From: Candidatus Adlerbacteria bacterium
Lineage (GTDB): Bacteria > Patescibacteriota > Minisyncoccia > Phycocordibacterales > SBAW01
Assembly: GCA_963749085.1 (NCBI GenBank)
Contig: CAVVLG010000002.1
Location: 229,033-293,032 of the forward strand
DNA: 64,000 bases
Reading direction: 5' to 3'
The notes beneath the pieces were generated by a model. The model did not search any database, was not told where the DNA came from, and was given only the letters and a program-made list of their open reading frames with translations. The position numbers and the translations under genes were made by a program. How positions within the stretch are numbered: position 1 is the first letter of the stretch; each line of letters opens with the position of its first letter. Shown in pieces: positions 62,775 to 64,000 of this stretch.

Positions 62775-63569
62775 TTATCGCAACGCGTGGGCGACGTCAT
62801 ACTCTCCTACTTTAGTGCGCAGAATATGAAGCGCCAGGGCCGGCACACCAAGCCGCTTGCCAAGTTCATTGGCTATAGAGCGCGCGTAGGTGCCTGAGGA
62901 GCATTCAATCTGTATGGTGGCGCAGGGAAACTCCCGCCCTCCCAACTTCTTCAGATACCTATTCCACAGCCGCAGCGTTTCCTCCTGCCGAAAATCGCCA
63001 TTTACTTTACTAACACTCTCCTCGATATAGGAGAGGAGATCTGCTTCTTCCACCTTATATATCCCTTGCAACCTCACGTCGTAAAGAGTCACCGTGCGGC
63101 TGGGAAGGACGAGTGCCCCCAAGGCGTTACTGCGCGCCCATTGAAAGAGCGATTTGCCTTCGACCGTTTTGCTTGAGTAGGGCGGATAGTCCTGGGAGAC
63201 GCTGCCGCGGAAATCACTCAGCGCTTGTATAATCATTGGTTGTTTGACGCTACTGGGATCTCCCATCTCAATGACGCGGCCGAGTATGTCATAGGTGTCG
63301 GTTGAGAAACCGAAGAGCACATCGAGTATGTACTCTTTTGGCATCTCAAGATACTCCTCACGACGATTGTTCGCCGAACCTACGAGGCACAGCATCACCC
63401 CCTCGGCCATGGGATCAAGCCGTCCGGCGTAAGAGAGCACTTCGTGCTGAAAATACGCCCGTTCGGTACGCAATCGCTCGAGACGCTCGCGCGGCGTCTC
63501 GCCGAGTTTTTTGTATAGGTTCACTACCTGGCCTGCCTTGTGCAACGTTTGATTGGGTGTGTCTGACAT
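62775..63569 (-). CDS. truB: tRNA pseudouridine(55) synthase-like (TruB family)
   Basis: YAGRLDPMAEGVMLCLVGSANN matches the TruB catalytic motif (H/K)(T/A)G(T/R)LDP.A.GVL…G with its catalytic Asp. EYILDVLFGFSTDTYD matches the TruB 'RLG..TDT.D' segment. Confidence 0.6.
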   Translation of the reverse strand: MSDTPNQTLHKAGQVVNLYKKLGETPRERLERLRTERAYFQHEVLSYAGRLDPMAEGVMLCLVGSANNRREEYLEMPKEYILDVLFGFSTDTYDILGRVIEMGDPSSVKQPMIIQALSDFRGSVSQDYPPYSSKTVEGKSLFQWARSNALGALVLPSRTVTLYDVRLQGIYKVEEADLLSYIEESVSKVNGDFRQEETLRLWNRYLKKLGGREFPCATIQIECSSGTYARSIANELGKRLGVPALALHILRTKVGEYDVAHALR

Positions 63570-63597
63570 TTCTGTTAGAATAGCCGATGCGGCGGCT

Positions 63598-64000
63598 ATG
63601 AGCAAAACCAACGAGCCCACACAACAAAAAAAACTTTCAGTCGAGCCCTACAAAGGGGTGCGGGATTTCTACCCCGAGGAGCAAGCTTTCCTCAACTACT
63701 TTATTTCGACCTGCCGGGAATTCGTTGAGAGACTGGGCTACGTCGAGTACGGGGCCTCGATTTTAGAGCCGAGCGAGCTGTATAAAGCCAAGGGGTCGCA
63801 GAACGAGGAGCTGGTAGCAGAGCAGACGTATACCTTCGAGGATCGCGGCGGACGCGAAGTGACGCTCCGGCCCGAAATGACGCCCACCGTGGCGCGCATG
63901 GTCGCCGCGAGGAGGCGCGGGTGGGGCTTTCCTCTTCGACTCTACTCGATACCGAATTTTTTCCGCTATGAGCGCCCGCAGCGCGGTCGCATCCGCGAGT
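63598..64000 (+). CDS. hisS: histidyl-tRNA synthetase, 5' portion (runs off the window end)
   Basis: GVRDFYPEE…EYGASILEPSELYKAKGSQNEELVAEQTYTFEDRGGREVTLRPEMTPTVARMVA…YSIPNFFRYERPQRGRIRE matches class-II aaRS motif 1 and the HisRS-specific TLRPE.T and FRYERPQ.GR.RQF signatures. Confidence 0.7.
   Translation, partial: MSKTNEPTQQKKLSVEPYKGVRDFYPEEQAFLNYFISTCREFVERLGYVEYGASILEPSELYKAKGSQNEELVAEQTYTFEDRGGREVTLRPEMTPTVARMVAARRRGWGFPLRLYSIPNFFRYERPQRGRIRE

Noticed and set aside
1-64000. CRISPR arrays, rRNA genes, canonical tRNA genes
   Set aside because: No regularly spaced direct-repeat array was seen. No rRNA-like conserved stretches. The only tRNA-like signals (GGTTCGAGTCC at 37974 and 38123) could not be folded into complete cloverleafs.

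Overview
The window is a gene-dense bacterial chromosomal segment with mixed housekeeping and accessory content. Translational coupling is common (many ATGA stop/start overlaps) and there are many small membrane or secreted proteins. Main blocks, in order: (1) 0.7-13.1 kb: a cell-surface glycan biosynthesis locus. It has a GH5 hydrolase, a Wzx-type flippase fused to an ATP-grasp domain, three GT4 glycosyltransferases, a CE4-deacetylase::GT4 fusion, a GT2::GT4 fusion and a large polytopic membrane protein. (2) 13.7-19.5 kb: a RelE/ParE-type TA pair, a DoxX protein, a pterin-dependent aromatic amino-acid hydroxylase-like gene, and several secreted proteins that share paralogous leader/linker modules. 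(3) 19.7-24.5 kb: a prophage packaging-module remnant (ParB-nuclease::DNA-methylase fusion, small terminase, large terminase). The large-terminase gene is split by an intact 847-bp IS5-family element with 18/19-bp terminal inverted repeats, a TA target duplication and an A6G frameshift motif. Next to it is a non-coding region with iteron-like repeats. (4) 24.5-33 kb: an 'MCDYSL' paralog pair, a 602-aa IPT/TIG + FN3 + RTX-like repeat surface protein, a ParD/ParE module, an orphan DinJ-like antitoxin, an MFS transporter and an EEP-family nuclease/phosphatase. (5) A class I ribonucleotide reductase alpha subunit with two ATP cones at 35-38 kb, with its beta subunit (nrdB) about 23 kb away at 61-62 kb. 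(6) 38-40.3 kb: a DMT transporter / alpha-beta hydrolase / SLOG (MoCo-carrier-like) operon. (7) 40.4-46.8 kb: a cluster of uncharacterised genes bounded by a promoter and terminators, centred on a GHKL-type ATPase. This is the best candidate for an undescribed system. (8) ppdK (pyruvate phosphate dikinase), small membrane proteins, a P-loop kinase and a NYN-domain protein. (9) 53.5-56.1 kb: a large serine recombinase with an N-terminal extension, an adjacent recombinase C-terminal gene fragment, and an inverted-plus-tandem 12-bp repeat cluster. (10) truB and the 5' part of hisS at the end. No rRNA, canonical tRNA or CRISPR array was found. All functional calls come from motif-level reading of the translations; no database search was possible.
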